Of a stretch of DNA of 64,000 bases, positions 10,858-22,246 are shown piece after piece. The DNA comes from Salisapilia sapeloensis CBS 127946. Its lineage: Eukaryota > Protista > Oomycota. Every line of letters starts with the position of its first letter. Position 1 is the stretch's first letter. The notes beneath the pieces are model-generated. The model was not told the DNA's origin, did no database searches, and worked only from the letters and a program-made list of their open reading frames with translations. The position numbers were made by a program, and so were the translations under genes. The stretch covers positions 1 through 64,000 of the forward strand of contig JAADVB010000058.1 in the NCBI GenBank assembly GCA_023334545.1, read 5' to 3'.

Positions 10858-12921
10858 CTACATCACTTGACGCCTTCCATCCATTTGATTCTGTCGCTCC
10901 GATCGAATGTACATGACGACGCCAAGCGCAATGGCGACACCCAAAATCAGCAAATTGTCCGTCTGGAAGACACTCCACACTTGTTGCAAAGCGCTGTCCA
11001 TCGACGTGCCTTGAACGTCCACTGTCCACCACTGCCCAAAATAAGATGGATATGACGCCTCAACTGCAGGACTCGTTTCCTCCTTGAGATCTCCATTCCA
11101 CCAATCTTCCAGCCACGTCCACCATGCCTTGTAGGTCATGTGTGCATACAACTTCCATATCGCCAAGGTCGCAGGCACGTGGGCATCTGCGTGAGCTATC
11201 CTCGATCGGTCGTAAAATCTTTTCGCTAGGAAAAAGTCCTGATCCTGCCCGATCCCGTGTTCGTACATGATTCCAAGATTGAATAGCGCTTGGGCATTCG
11301 CCTTCTTCCCAGCCAAAGAGTAATGCGCACTTGCCTTGGTCAAGTCCACTTCACTCCCGCCGCGACCATAGTAGTAAAAGTCGCCTAGCTTGAGATTCGC
11401 ATCCACATTCCCTTGCATTGCAGCTAACTTATACAGGATGATGGCAGCAGACGACAGTGCATCCGTAGAACCGGTACTAAAGGACACGTAGTGGTCATTC
11501 AATAGGAAAGCAGCATTGTGCTGCGCCACTTCGTACCCTTGCTGTGCCATCACAGCATACTTGACAAAGGCTGCGTCATACTTTTTATTACTAAAGTCCT
11601 CGTACGCTTCCGAGAGGGTCTTCTCCCATTCTCCACGTTCTGCCACTGTCTTGAAGAGTTCCACCGCTTTCGAACATGACCTGCCGGTACCAATACCGTG
11701 CCAATGCATGTGTGCTAGCTTGTGCGACGAAAGCGTGTGTCCTTGATGAGCTGCTAGTTGGAAATAACCTAGAGCGACTTCGTACTCTGGCTCATACATA
11801 ATCTTATGTCCGGATTCAGCCAGCTCTTCGATTGCTGAGACCGCTCCTTGGAGATGTAGTACACCTAGATTATAAAACGCTTCCATATGGCCCTGCTTGG
11901 CGGATGCTTTAAACAGATCCAATGCTTTACTTTGACGCTTACCCTCGCTCCACTGTGTTTTCGATCGGCCTTCCAGCATCATCATACCCAGCTCGTTCTG
12001 GGCAGCTGCACTCCCTTCCTCTACAGCCTCTTCCAATAATTGTTCCGCAGTGGCATTGTCTTGATGGACGCCAAGACCTTGGTGGTATGCATGACCAAGG
12101 TGATAGGCGCTACCGGATGCACCGAGGTCATATGCCTTTTGGAAGAGAGCAGCAGCTCTGTCCATGTCCTGTTCGACGCCTCGGGCGCCGTAGTAGTACA
12201 ACGTTGCGAGGGTAATGGTCGCATCTGGGTCGCCTTTGGCAGCTGAGAACTCGTAGTACTCGACAATAGCATCGTCTGTCGGTAAATTCCGTTTGTGTTG
12301 TGCATCGGCGACATTTTGTAGCCGACGGGCGGGGGCGTCCCGAAGAGCAGGTGATCCCATGGACAGCTCTCTTAGTTCCACCGCTTTGTCCGAGGCTGGA
12401 GCGTAGTACCTGATGGCAGAGTCGCAGTTCTTGGGAGTATGTCGACCGTATAGATGACGGAAGCCAAGCGCCAACTGAGCTCCGACGTGATTATCTAAAG
12501 CAGCAAAGTAATAGTGCGTGGTGGCACGAGCTGGTTCATGCTGATAACCCCAGAGACCATATGCGTATGCGACTCCAATGTGAAAGTGGGCTTCAGATGA
12601 GCCTAATTGGGAAGCAGCTTCATACAATCGAAAGGCGAGTGCTGGATCGAGAGGGGTGTTGTGCTCGTCGTCACCGTATAGAAAGGCGTTTCCTAGCGTT
12701 GCAAGTGCTTCTGCTTGATCTGATGAACTGATATATCCATCTGCATTCTTTGCAACCTCTGTCATGGACGATAGAGCATTATAATTTCTAGCAATGCCGT
12801 CTAAATCCGGTGTCAGGGACGAAATGACTGACGTTTGGGCTACTGTGAGAGCACTATGATATACTAGGATGGTTGAAAGAGCTAGAGGTAATAGCAGAGG
12901 TCTCTTGCTAGCTAATGACAT
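10858..12921 (-). CDS. SEL1L: SEL1L/Hrd3-like Sel1-repeat ERAD protein
   Basis: Signal peptide, many Sel1 repeats (AQLALGFRHLYG, ANLKLGDFYYYG, ALFNLGIMYEHGIG), C-terminal TM helix. Confidence 0.85.
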   Translation of the reverse strand: MSLASKRPLLLPLALSTILVYHSALTVAQTSVISSLTPDLDGIARNYNALSSMTEVAKNADGYISSSDQAEALATLGNAFLYGDDEHNTPLDPALAFRLYEAASQLGSSEAHFHIGVAYAYGLWGYQHEPARATTHYYFAALDNHVGAQLALGFRHLYGRHTPKNCDSAIRYYAPASDKAVELRELSMGSPALRDAPARRLQNVADAQHKRNLPTDDAIVEYYEFSAAKGDPDATITLATLYYYGARGVEQDMDRAAALFQKAYDLGASGSAYHLGHAYHQGLGVHQDNATAEQLLEEAVEEGSAAAQNELGMMMLEGRSKTQWSEGKRQSKALDLFKASAKQGHMEAFYNLGVLHLQGAVSAIEELAESGHKIMYEPEYEVALGYFQLAAHQGHTLSSHKLAHMHWHGIGTGRSCSKAVELFKTVAERGEWEKTLSEAYEDFSNKKYDAAFVKYAVMAQQGYEVAQHNAAFLLNDHYVSFSTGSTDALSSAAIILYKLAAMQGNVDANLKLGDFYYYGRGGSEVDLTKASAHYSLAGKKANAQALFNLGIMYEHGIGQDQDFFLAKRFYDRSRIAHADAHVPATLAIWKLYAHMTYKAWWTWLEDWWNGDLKEETSPAVEASYPSYFGQWWTVDVQGTSMDSALQQVWSVFQTDNLLILGVAIALGVVMYIRSERQNQMDGRRQVM

Positions 12922-14444
12922 GCTTAGGTAGGTGAAGATAGGCGCTGACGTGGAGAAAGTCGTGGGCGTAAGATGAAAATGGCACAGGAATTGACACTTG
13001 GCCTCAATGTTCTGTTTGTGTCTTTGGAAGGATGTTTATAAAAATAAGTTTAGTTTTACTATAAACTACTAGTTAAAATCGAAACAATTTTCTAGACCAG
13101 ATGCTAATCTGTTCGTTTTATCCAAAAGCTAAAATTAAAACGCTAAAAATAGCTTCATAGATGAAGGTGTCTTGATAAAATTAGACCACAGATGAAACGA
13201 CTTAAAATGGATCACACCTTCGATGTCAGTATGGCGGGGCACATGACGCATCGCGACTTGCCTAGATGTAATTAATGTATGGTGCAGCGTAGCTTAAGTA
13301 TCGCAACTGCATGCTGGTAGAAGCTTTTCAATTATATTAATGTGGCCAGTGTTGGAAGGGGCGCTTTGGAAGTTATCAGTCTTCAGCACAGATCGTTCCG
13401 AGAGTGATGCCAATCTGTCCGTAGAGACTGATAGTAGAGAAATATGCCTTGTATGATAAGAGTCGGATGGCTGCCCATGTACCTAGTGGAATCGAATGAC
13501 TGGAAGGCAGTGGCGTGGAATGGATCCATGCGTCATGAGAAGCAGACAAGGCGAAGATATCTAGGAATAAGATCATGGACATGGACGCCAGTGCAAGAAA
13601 TAACTTTAGACTAAATGTAACAGCCTTATGCACTATCCCAGCGCGACCAAGGCTCGACGTCGCCGAACGATCCGCTGAAATAGATCCTGATCCCCCATGT
13701 CTCTTGTTCGTGTAAAAACCGAGAGTGGTCTCCTTATGATTTTGTGGAAACTTTGCTTATCTCTCCATCTTCTGATGTCGAACCTTTGACGGTCGACGTC
13801 ACTAGAGCCAGATCTTCAGATGAGCCTTGGGAGGAGGAATAGAGATGGAAGCGGTTTCACGCGAATTATTAGCCGCGCTCAAATTGAAAAACGGAAAGAA
13901 TTACGTACTATACTAGTCCCTATCAGTGTTCGACTTCCTGCGTCTGTGCAGGTCTAATTACGTCGAGAGGCCTACCGCTCAACGCCCTTCCCCCTCCGAT
14001 CGGTGTTCGTCGGTTGCTTCATAAGAGAATCTACGGAGGACTCTTCATTTCCTTCTATTAAAGGCGCCTCCATCACGCGCGTGAAGAGCCTGTCGTACAA
14101 ATCAATTCGTCTCGACCGAAGGAAACAGCTATTCGACTCCTCTTGCTCCACGATCTTCAATTCTCCGTCAAAGGTGGGCCATTCGATCATCTGCACCTCT
14201 CCAAGTCTACTTCGTGTTATGTACCCATCCGCTCATATCTCTTGCAACATAGTACTTGAAGAGCTTGTGTCCTTTAAGACCACCCGTGCCAAATCTCTAT
14301 CATCAGGAGCTGCCGATTAATATTCTAGCTTTCTTGCTCTCTTTCATTCGAACATTCGATACCTCGAGCATACGCCGTACAGAGCTATTGCTACGCATCC
14401 ATCACCACATAGGTAAGCTACAGCTCACTTCCTAAACGAGCGCG

Positions 14445-15539
14445 ATGCCATTTTTCTCACAACTTTGTTCCTGTTGCCAGGTTACCACGACACCGAAGAA
14501 TATGTTTGATATTAGCGACCCCTACGATCTACGTCATGATGTGCATATACGTTACAATTATGAAGAGGCTCGATTTGAAGGCGTCCCGAGCAACTTTGCA
14601 GAGTGCCTCTTCCCACCCCAAGGTTCTGCATCTACAACGTGCGACCAGCAGGATCAGGAGCAAGGCGATGAAGCTAAAAGTCAGCCATCAGATTCAAGTC
14701 GTAAACCGCTTCGGACGAAGTTCTCCTTTCGATCTCCATTGCATGCCAAGTCAGCTTCTTGTTCAGACATTGAAAACCGTTCCTTTTCTCGTTTCCATCG
14801 GTCGCACAAGCATTCGAAGCGCAGTCGCAATGCAAGTAGTGACGCGAACCACCGCCAAGCAGCTGACAGACTCGCATTCTTGGCGGCTGGTAACCCTGTG
14901 CTGCAGCCACATGAAGTCCTCAACCAGCACTTTGGCATCTCCTACAGACAAGTGCCTCGTATCTCCGTACATGGGTATCAGGAACGTATTCCAGCCGTCT
15001 TGGTCATGCTCGGCCATCACTTTGAAGTGAAGAAAGGATGCCTCTCTCCCCATATCTTTCGAGAGTCTCCATCGAAGGAAGTACGAGATCGAGCGATGAC
15101 TGAGATTGACCGAGGCGAGTTCCGAGGCGAGAATTATGACGTCTGCGTACTTGGCGAGCTCATTAAAGTCTGGTTCCGACAACTGCCGATGCCCATACTA
15201 CATCAGCTTCCAATCGATAGAATGGAGCTACTGGCGGATCAAGGCGGTGGATGGGACAGTGTCGCACCTTTGTTAGGTTCGCTGGAACGATCGATCATCG
15301 CATGGCTCGCAGACCTCCTCGTCCGAGTGGCTGACTTTGAGCATGTGAACCACATGGGCATGGATCAACTAGCGATCGTCATGGCACCCAACCTCGTCCG
15401 AGTGGAAACAGAGAATCCGATGGTCGCCGTGACGGCTTCGAAAGCCATTGTCGAAGTCTTTCGAGCGATCTTGCGATCGAGAAGGCACTTGCGCAGCATA
15501 CTAGGACAGGACTTTGAAGAAGAGAAAGGCGAATGTTAG
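14445..15539 (+). CDS. CRIB(PBD)-RhoGAP protein
   Basis: N-terminal CRIB-like ISDPYDLRHDVHIRYNYEEARFEGVP; RhoGAP motifs IFR (Arg finger), LIKVWFRQLPMP, NHMGMDQLAIVMAPNL. Confidence 0.85.
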   Translation: MPFFSQLCSCCQVTTTPKNMFDISDPYDLRHDVHIRYNYEEARFEGVPSNFAECLFPPQGSASTTCDQQDQEQGDEAKSQPSDSSRKPLRTKFSFRSPLHAKSASCSDIENRSFSRFHRSHKHSKRSRNASSDANHRQAADRLAFLAAGNPVLQPHEVLNQHFGISYRQVPRISVHGYQERIPAVLVMLGHHFEVKKGCLSPHIFRESPSKEVRDRAMTEIDRGEFRGENYDVCVLGELIKVWFRQLPMPILHQLPIDRMELLADQGGGWDSVAPLLGSLERSIIAWLADLLVRVADFEHVNHMGMDQLAIVMAPNLVRVETENPMVAVTASKAIVEVFRAILRSRRHLRSILGQDFEEEKGEC

Positions 15540-15592
15540 TCAAGTACCTCTTGTACATTTATCAACAACAATGGACTTTGCACACGTTTTCA

Positions 15593-17014
15593 TTAATAAA
15601 AGTATGGCAGTAACGTATCGATCCGGATTTGGTCTTGACAAAGACTCTCTTCCAACGCTGCCATGGAGTTATAAAAGTACACTCTGTCTTCTAGATACCT
15701 CGCTCTCGCGCGACTGCCCTTCAACTTGCGTTCTTCTAGTGTCATCAGTTGGATCTTTTCAATCGCGAGCTCTAATTCTTGTAACTCGACTTCAGCTAGC
15801 GGCATGAATAAGTCTCCTTTGGACTGCCACCACCATGGCTTTGGCTTGCCGACCAAGACACCGCTTTTGTTGTCGATAAGTTCATTCATCGGAGCAACGT
15901 TCGTCGTTAAGACCAATGCGCCTGTACTCCGAGCTTCGTTAATATAATGGCCAAAGCCTTCCGTTTCACTAGGACACAAGTGAATGCCGACAGTGTTTTG
16001 AAGACGACGAATCTCTTCATGACCTTCCTGACCACACTTATAATTCACATTAGGTAGTCGAATCGTCTTGCCATATTTGCTTTCGATCCAGTCGCACAAG
16101 CCATGTTGGGTGACACGCAAATACAACGTTGGCCATTCTGGATGGAGAGACCAGGCACGGACGATGACGCGAGTGTTTTTAAAAGGACTGTTGCCGGCGA
16201 GGTGGAGAAAGCTGTTCCAATCTCGGTGGATGGATGTGTCGAGGACGTCTGCAGATGTGTGTTTCGTGTAGAAAACAGAGTATTGCATACGATGTCGGCG
16301 TCTGTACTCGAGCACTTTCTTCAAGCCGATCCTGTTCTTGACGATGATGACACCAATGTCTGGATTCGCTAGTTCATGCCGATCGAAGAACTCGACGTTT
16401 TGCATCATCCAGATCGGTTTCTTTCGCGAAATCTGGACGTTATAATAGTACTTTGAATCAACCGGATGTCTTTCTAGGTATAGATCTATAACGGAGGGTG
16501 GCATCACTACGCTGCTTTCGTTCTGACTACTCTGTTTCTCTACTTCTTCTGGAATCATAATGGGTCGAGCAGATGGGAGTGACTCCAAATACAGCTCAAA
16601 GTCAACTCGCATCCCTCCCGAGTCAAAGGGAGCAATGAGGTTGATGCAATAACTGGCAGATTCGTCCTGTAGTGGTTCATGGCCTTGACCGAGATACGGC
16701 AGGAAGTAGCCGTGTTTTGAGCTTGTAGACTGCTTTTCACGCTTTGCAAACTCTTTTGGAGACAGATACAAAGACTTGTAGAAAAGCTGGAGTGGAGGAG
16801 CAAGTTCGTCGCTTGTGAGTTTGCTCTCCAGTGTCTCGGCTGTGGGAGGCGTCTGACAAAATGACGGATGGAGGCGTACATCAGGCAGAAAAGTGAAAAA
16901 TAAAATTTGTATCAAGGCCGGCACAAGTATTAAAAGCAATAGACTCGATCGAAGCAAAAAGGATCGACCATTGCCGCTGGTAGACGAGAACGACGACGGT
17001 CGACGTGCCATCAT
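15593..17014 (-). CDS. Type II membrane GT-B (GT4-like) glycosyltransferase
   Basis: N-terminal TM anchor; C-terminal HLCPSETEGFGHYINEARSTGALVLTTNVAPMNELI (EX7E motif). Confidence 0.75.
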   Translation of the reverse strand: MMARRPSSFSSTSGNGRSFLLRSSLLLLILVPALIQILFFTFLPDVRLHPSFCQTPPTAETLESKLTSDELAPPLQLFYKSLYLSPKEFAKREKQSTSSKHGYFLPYLGQGHEPLQDESASYCINLIAPFDSGGMRVDFELYLESLPSARPIMIPEEVEKQSSQNESSVVMPPSVIDLYLERHPVDSKYYYNVQISRKKPIWMMQNVEFFDRHELANPDIGVIIVKNRIGLKKVLEYRRRHRMQYSVFYTKHTSADVLDTSIHRDWNSFLHLAGNSPFKNTRVIVRAWSLHPEWPTLYLRVTQHGLCDWIESKYGKTIRLPNVNYKCGQEGHEEIRRLQNTVGIHLCPSETEGFGHYINEARSTGALVLTTNVAPMNELIDNKSGVLVGKPKPWWWQSKGDLFMPLAEVELQELELAIEKIQLMTLEERKLKGSRARARYLEDRVYFYNSMAALEESLCQDQIRIDTLLPYFY

Positions 17015-17219
17015 AACCGTTTTACGCACTTATGTCGTATCAAGCAATTTGTCTTGAATTAGTTTAGCTTATATCTTGCTTTATGTATTCGAAAGTTGCG
17101 TATAATGTAGAGCATAATTTCACTATAACTGCTATCAAATGCTCGTACATGTGTAGTAAATTTTATAAAGCTGTGGTTTGTAACTAACAACCCAGTCACA
17201 ACATCCAAAAGTCCGCTAA

Positions 17220-18857
17220 ATGACGGCGAGAGAGAGCTACTCGATGTGCTCCTTGCATCGCATTGCGTTACTCTCATTAAGTCTCTTGTCCGTCATCTTA
17301 TCTTCAGCGCATGCATCTTTCCAATGCCGGGTATTTGTGGACGCAACAACGTCTGGTAACCATTTTATGCTTCTCCAAACGAGTTCGAAAGATCCGTCGA
17401 CAGTCTCTACAACTCCCTTTACTACCATTCAGCCATCGCTTTCGTCCATTACATCTACTGAGCTATATGCCTTTTTAAAGCCTGGGTTTGTTCGAATAGC
17501 TGACCATATTACCTCGACTTTGAATGAAAACGTGCAAACTGCAGACATGTGGGAACCACGACACTGCCAAGCGCATGTATTCGTATCCGGTTTTCTTCTG
17601 TCTGAAGTCAAGGAGAGCCATCTGGATGTAATGTATGCTCAGTTCTATGACGATGCCATTGCAGATGCCCAATTTCCCTTTCAAATTGCTCGAGATAACC
17701 TACAGACCATTCCATCCGACCTTCTCAGCTACTTTCGCATCCTTGGTACCAACTTCCTAAGTGGCATTCTAGGATCCGAGCTGACTCCAGCCAATCAAAA
17801 GATGCAAGCCATTCTTTCCATCGACACACAGGATGCCCATATCAATGTGGACTTCCAAGAGCGATGGAAAAAATCGTTACGTAGCAAAAGCAAACACAAA
17901 CCTCTCGCTCGTTCTGACTTTATCTTTCGCACTTTTCATAACTTTGGTGTCGAAGGTATTCTAAACTCGATTTTAAAGCGAGCCGATCCGGATGCAGAGA
18001 ACAAACAGACGGATAACGCAGGAGCAGACACACACGTCGTTATCGATCATCCGTGTTTTCCAAAAGGATATAGAGAAATCGGGACGAATCATGGCATGGA
18101 AGTTCATGGTGCTGGCAATGCAGACGACTGCCGAGCGATTGTAAAGCAGTACATTGCAGAGAGCAATCAGGAATGTCCATCGGATTCATTTTGCGCTTTG
18201 AAAAGCGTCTCTCAGCCGGTCATCTCCGGTCCACTAGTCGTCTTTGGGGTTTCAAGACGTGTGCTACAATACGCAAATCAAGTCTTGCGTCAGCAAAAGC
18301 AAGAGGAACTATCGCTCCCGTCTCCCAATGTCGATGCCGTAAAGTCTGCCGCTAACACATTATGTCAGATGCACTTGGACGACATGCAGGACATTCCTTA
18401 TAAACGTTCAGTAGAGGACACCACAGCCTTTGCTTGCTTAGACCTATGTTACACGTTTGAAGTATTGCTCCAACTAGATGCTTTTACCGTCGAAGAGCAG
18501 GATACGAATGGCAAACAACTGATCGTACTGGACAAATGGGAGAATGAAACTTTGACAGAAAGAGTGGATGAAGTCGAGATACAGGCATGGCTTACTGGTG
18601 CATTCTTATATCTAAACGTGCAGCAAAATCATCAAGCATCAAAATTAGCGTCCGAGATGCTAGCGGCTCAGGTCGGCGAAGGTTTACCACTTGGGATCCA
18701 GTTGAGTGTCGTCGTTTTAGGATGTGCAGTCTTATTGCTGCTTATGACGATAAACACTGCGTCGAGGCAGAGTCGAGAAGGACACAGAGGTAGGAGATGG
18801 AGAGAGCAGACGGCAGCGACGTCAGCACTGCGCTTTATTGACGATGCAAGTGAATGA
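17220..18857 (+). CDS. GDA1/CD39 (NTPDase/apyrase)-like protein with degenerate catalytic motifs
   Basis: VFVDATTSG (ACR1-like), HPCFPKGY, GAGNADDCRAIV, ACLDLCY, AWLTGA (ACR5-like); signal peptide and C-terminal TM. Confidence 0.7.
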   Translation: MTARESYSMCSLHRIALLSLSLLSVILSSAHASFQCRVFVDATTSGNHFMLLQTSSKDPSTVSTTPFTTIQPSLSSITSTELYAFLKPGFVRIADHITSTLNENVQTADMWEPRHCQAHVFVSGFLLSEVKESHLDVMYAQFYDDAIADAQFPFQIARDNLQTIPSDLLSYFRILGTNFLSGILGSELTPANQKMQAILSIDTQDAHINVDFQERWKKSLRSKSKHKPLARSDFIFRTFHNFGVEGILNSILKRADPDAENKQTDNAGADTHVVIDHPCFPKGYREIGTNHGMEVHGAGNADDCRAIVKQYIAESNQECPSDSFCALKSVSQPVISGPLVVFGVSRRVLQYANQVLRQQKQEELSLPSPNVDAVKSAANTLCQMHLDDMQDIPYKRSVEDTTAFACLDLCYTFEVLLQLDAFTVEEQDTNGKQLIVLDKWENETLTERVDEVEIQAWLTGAFLYLNVQQNHQASKLASEMLAAQVGEGLPLGIQLSVVVLGCAVLLLLMTINTASRQSREGHRGRRWREQTAATSALRFIDDASE

Positions 18858-19535
18858 TAGCTTTTGATTGTCAAGGCTAGACTATGTTAGTGCAAATTAA
18901 TAGTAGTACCTCATATGGACTAGAGCTACGTGTCCATGTAGTTTGAAGTCAGAATCGATTTGCATGTAGTTGGTTGTATATTTCCATCTTTTGTGCCTGA
19001 TGGTGTTAACGGGCTGTCTTATCGTTCTCTTTTGGACGGAGTTGTTGTATAAACTCAGCAACGTAGAGAGCTATTAAATATAAGTCGATGCCTGTCAACA
19101 TTGAGTGGTGTAGGAAGGGATAGTCAAAGCTTTATATGATGTTTGCCCTACAAAGCGATACTTTGGCGTTCTGCTTCAATACTCAGCGTAAGCGGTTACC
19201 TATCTTTGTGCGTAAGTGGAAAGTTTAGAGAAGATACTGATATCGTTTAGGAAGAGCGTTGAAGCTCAACTTCAACATCCTAGATGGCAAATAGCTCAAC
19301 AACATTTTAAATTTACATATACTCGATCACGTGAGAGGACTATGATGCACCTGACTATAACTCCAAAATGTGGAATCACTATCGTGCCATCCAATCTGAC
19401 CATAAGCTCAAGCGATTCATTTATACAGTGGTACATCTGAGTCTAGAATTTGTTTGTGTCATGATAATGTCAAGATAATGTCAAGATTACTATCCGAGGT
19501 TACTATTTTCTAGCATTTCACCTTTGTCTTTCTCA

Positions 19536-20516
19536 ATGCTTATTTCTAAATTGACAAAGAGCTTACCACACCACTCCAACGATATCAGAATGAACCGAGT
19601 TGTCAACAGTGCTTTTACGAAAAACACCATCTTTGCGAAGGGTGCTACAACGGGTTTGAACGAATCTCAGGTGAACATATATGACCGCGTGTTTGCAAAG
19701 TTGTTAAGCTACTGGGCTGTCGATACAATCCAGATCACTGAATCTTGGGTACAAGGAAAGCTAAATGAAGAGCTCACTCAGCCATTTGTCTTTCTCGACT
19801 TGGGATGTGGAACTGGTCTCCTAGCGTTTCATTTCATTGAAAGGCATTTAATCGACCAGTCTCCGTCGAATTTCCGTCTTATAGCGACCGATTCTTCCGA
19901 AGCGATGCTACAAGGTATGAAGCAGCGGCTGGATAATGATCGATATGAGGGCATCGCATCGTCGATTAACTGCGTTGCCATGGATGGTCAGAAGTTAGAT
20001 CAAGTGGATGGGAATTCGATTGATATGATCGGATCCAATTTTGCCATGGCTTTCTTTCCGCAGCGTAAGCAAGCGCTAGAGCATGCTGATCGAGTTCTAA
20101 AGAAAGGTGGTATCCTCGTATCCACAATTTGGGATGAGTCGAGCGGAAACAACCAATTGAATAATGCTGTTAGCCAACTTGCGAATGACCGCCTATCAGA
20201 TGGAGACAAGATACCACTCGTCGAACTAGACTTTCGTTCATCTATCATTGAGATGAAGGAAGCAGGTTTCAAGGATGTCGCTGTGTTCTCGACAACCCAC
20301 TCCCATGTTTTGACGGATAAGGCAGAGATTATTGATGCAACGCTGGCACAACCGATGAGCAATCGCTGGAAGCAAGTGCTTAGCGAAGAAGAAATTCGTA
20401 CAGCAATGAGCGAGTTTCTCGATCGCGAATCTCACATAGAGAACTCCAAATCGACGCAATGGAGCCCATGTGTCATTCACTTGAAAGGTCATATCATTGT
20501 CGCTAGGAAAGCTTAG
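19536..20516 (+). CDS. Class I SAM-dependent methyltransferase
   Basis: Motif I FLDLGCGTG; DSSEAML; MDGQKL; SIDMIGSNFAMAFFP; VLKKGG. The start may instead be ATG 19590. Confidence 0.85.
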   Translation: MLISKLTKSLPHHSNDIRMNRVVNSAFTKNTIFAKGATTGLNESQVNIYDRVFAKLLSYWAVDTIQITESWVQGKLNEELTQPFVFLDLGCGTGLLAFHFIERHLIDQSPSNFRLIATDSSEAMLQGMKQRLDNDRYEGIASSINCVAMDGQKLDQVDGNSIDMIGSNFAMAFFPQRKQALEHADRVLKKGGILVSTIWDESSGNNQLNNAVSQLANDRLSDGDKIPLVELDFRSSIIEMKEAGFKDVAVFSTTHSHVLTDKAEIIDATLAQPMSNRWKQVLSEEEIRTAMSEFLDRESHIENSKSTQWSPCVIHLKGHIIVARKA

Positions 20517-22095
20517 TTAGACGGCAGGAAGTTGGTCGGACTACCTAAGCTTTTAAATGAAGCAATGATCGCATTTGCAGTTTTCCAATGAAGTTTGTTC
20601 AATGTGTAGATAGGATTAGAGATTCAGTGAGGTAGAATGTAGACAGTATTGAACATTGGAATTGCCACTACATACTTAAGTGATGCATCGCTCGTATAAA
20701 CCGATGAAACATACCGAAGGAAATCATAGTAGCACGACGTACTAGACACATCGACATTCGGACTGAACACAGCCCAATGTAGCTTCAATTGCTCAATTTT
20801 TACAGAAACTCCAAGGTAGCTGTAGATATTGCCGAGAGCAGTGTCATTTAACTGTCACAACAGATCAATGCAGGCAGTGTGAATAGTTCCTCGATTTCCA
20901 TACTTTTCAGGTAGCTCTAAGATATATCTTAGTTTGCCTCACTCTATGTGCACAATCATTTCAAGCCATTGGCACAAGCTAAGGTAGAGAGTATGTTTTA
21001 CCCGTAGTGAGATATAACGCCAAACAGTTCTTCGTGCAAATGCTGACTTCCAACACCAAGTCTATACTTCCACAAAATACTCTAAGTGACAATCTAATGT
21101 TAAGCCCAACAATGTAACTTAAATCAAACCAAGATTTCACGCATCTTGCATGGCCTCTGATGAACGAAATGAGTATAATTCAGCTTATCCTCAATAAGAT
21201 AGTTCCAAAATGTCGAAGAGATCATTTCAAATGCCTGGATGTACAAGTGTCTTGTGTCATGATGTAATACCCTCTCACCTATGGTCGCAACATAATCGCC
21301 TTTCGTTATGCTTGTGGCGAAAAGTATATTTTATCTTTTGCCTGCTTCAAGCAAGTCGACGCTAATGGGAATATAAAGAGAAAATCGAAGGAATTTGAGG
21401 TTGCCACAAGTTGCTACTTAAGTTGATATTAGTACAATAACCAAGTAAACAGGAGCCCTAGTGGCCGTAGCATGATACCCGTAAAAAACCGTCTTACTAG
21501 AAAGTAATAATTCTGCACTTATTCTTTCATAAATTCTTTGTTCGTCTTTCTTGTTTGGATATGAATTTGGGAGGGTCGTTGTTGTATGTCATAAGATTTT
21601 GTGTGTCAAAGAGTCAATATCTTTTAGCATTTTCTCCTTAGAGTCCGTGAGGGTCCTCCCGTTAAGCGGTATTGTATGCCATGTGATGGAAAAGGACCCA
21701 AATCTGGTTATGGTAACCTAGCATTTATGCAAGTACAAACTGCAGTATCACGACACCAGTTATCTTTATCAAAGACATACGATAGTATTTAATACGATCA
21801 ACTAATTTCAACATATCGAAGCGTTCGGCCGACAGAGAGGTTATATTTCGTCGACATCCTGAGTTTGACCGTCCTCAATTGAATGCCATAATTTTATAGT
21901 TTCGTTCCTACACTCACCAATCAAGTGCTGATGCTTCTTGCATTCCGACATAGAGGACATTCCCAACGGCATCGGATACCTGGTAAACTCTATAATAATA
22001 GCGTCAGCATGTACGTCGGTGAGGAGACCAAAGGATGCGAAGCGCGTCAGACCAGCATACCAGCTGGGATAGTTAAGAGATGTACTTAAGTGTTA

Positions 22096-22121
22096 TTCAT
22101 GACGAAGATCTTCGTCATGAA
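22096..22121. repeat. Perfect 26-bp palindrome TTCATGACGAAGA|TCTTCGTCATGAA
   Basis: Read directly; the second 13 nt are the exact reverse complement of the first 13. Confidence 0.9.
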
Positions 22122-22246
22122 CATATGGAGTGAAGAGTGGAAGGAGTGCGAAGTTCCAAGCAGCAGACATACACTTTGCTCCCAGTATTCCATCAAAGAC
22201 AGTAGTATTCATTTTTAAAACAAAATACAAGTTTCACGAAACGTTT

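Noticed and set aside
20560-21200. Possible LRR/F-box gene relic on the minus strand (KHTLYLSLCQWLE, QLNDTALGNIYSYLG)
   Set aside because: Fragments lie in different frames and LRR-like leucine patterns arise easily by chance.
21944-21991. Minus-strand RVYQVSDAVGNVLYVG resembles a GIY-YIG nuclease motif
   Set aside because: Only 16 codons, bounded by stops on both sides, with no further GIY-YIG motifs; could be chance.
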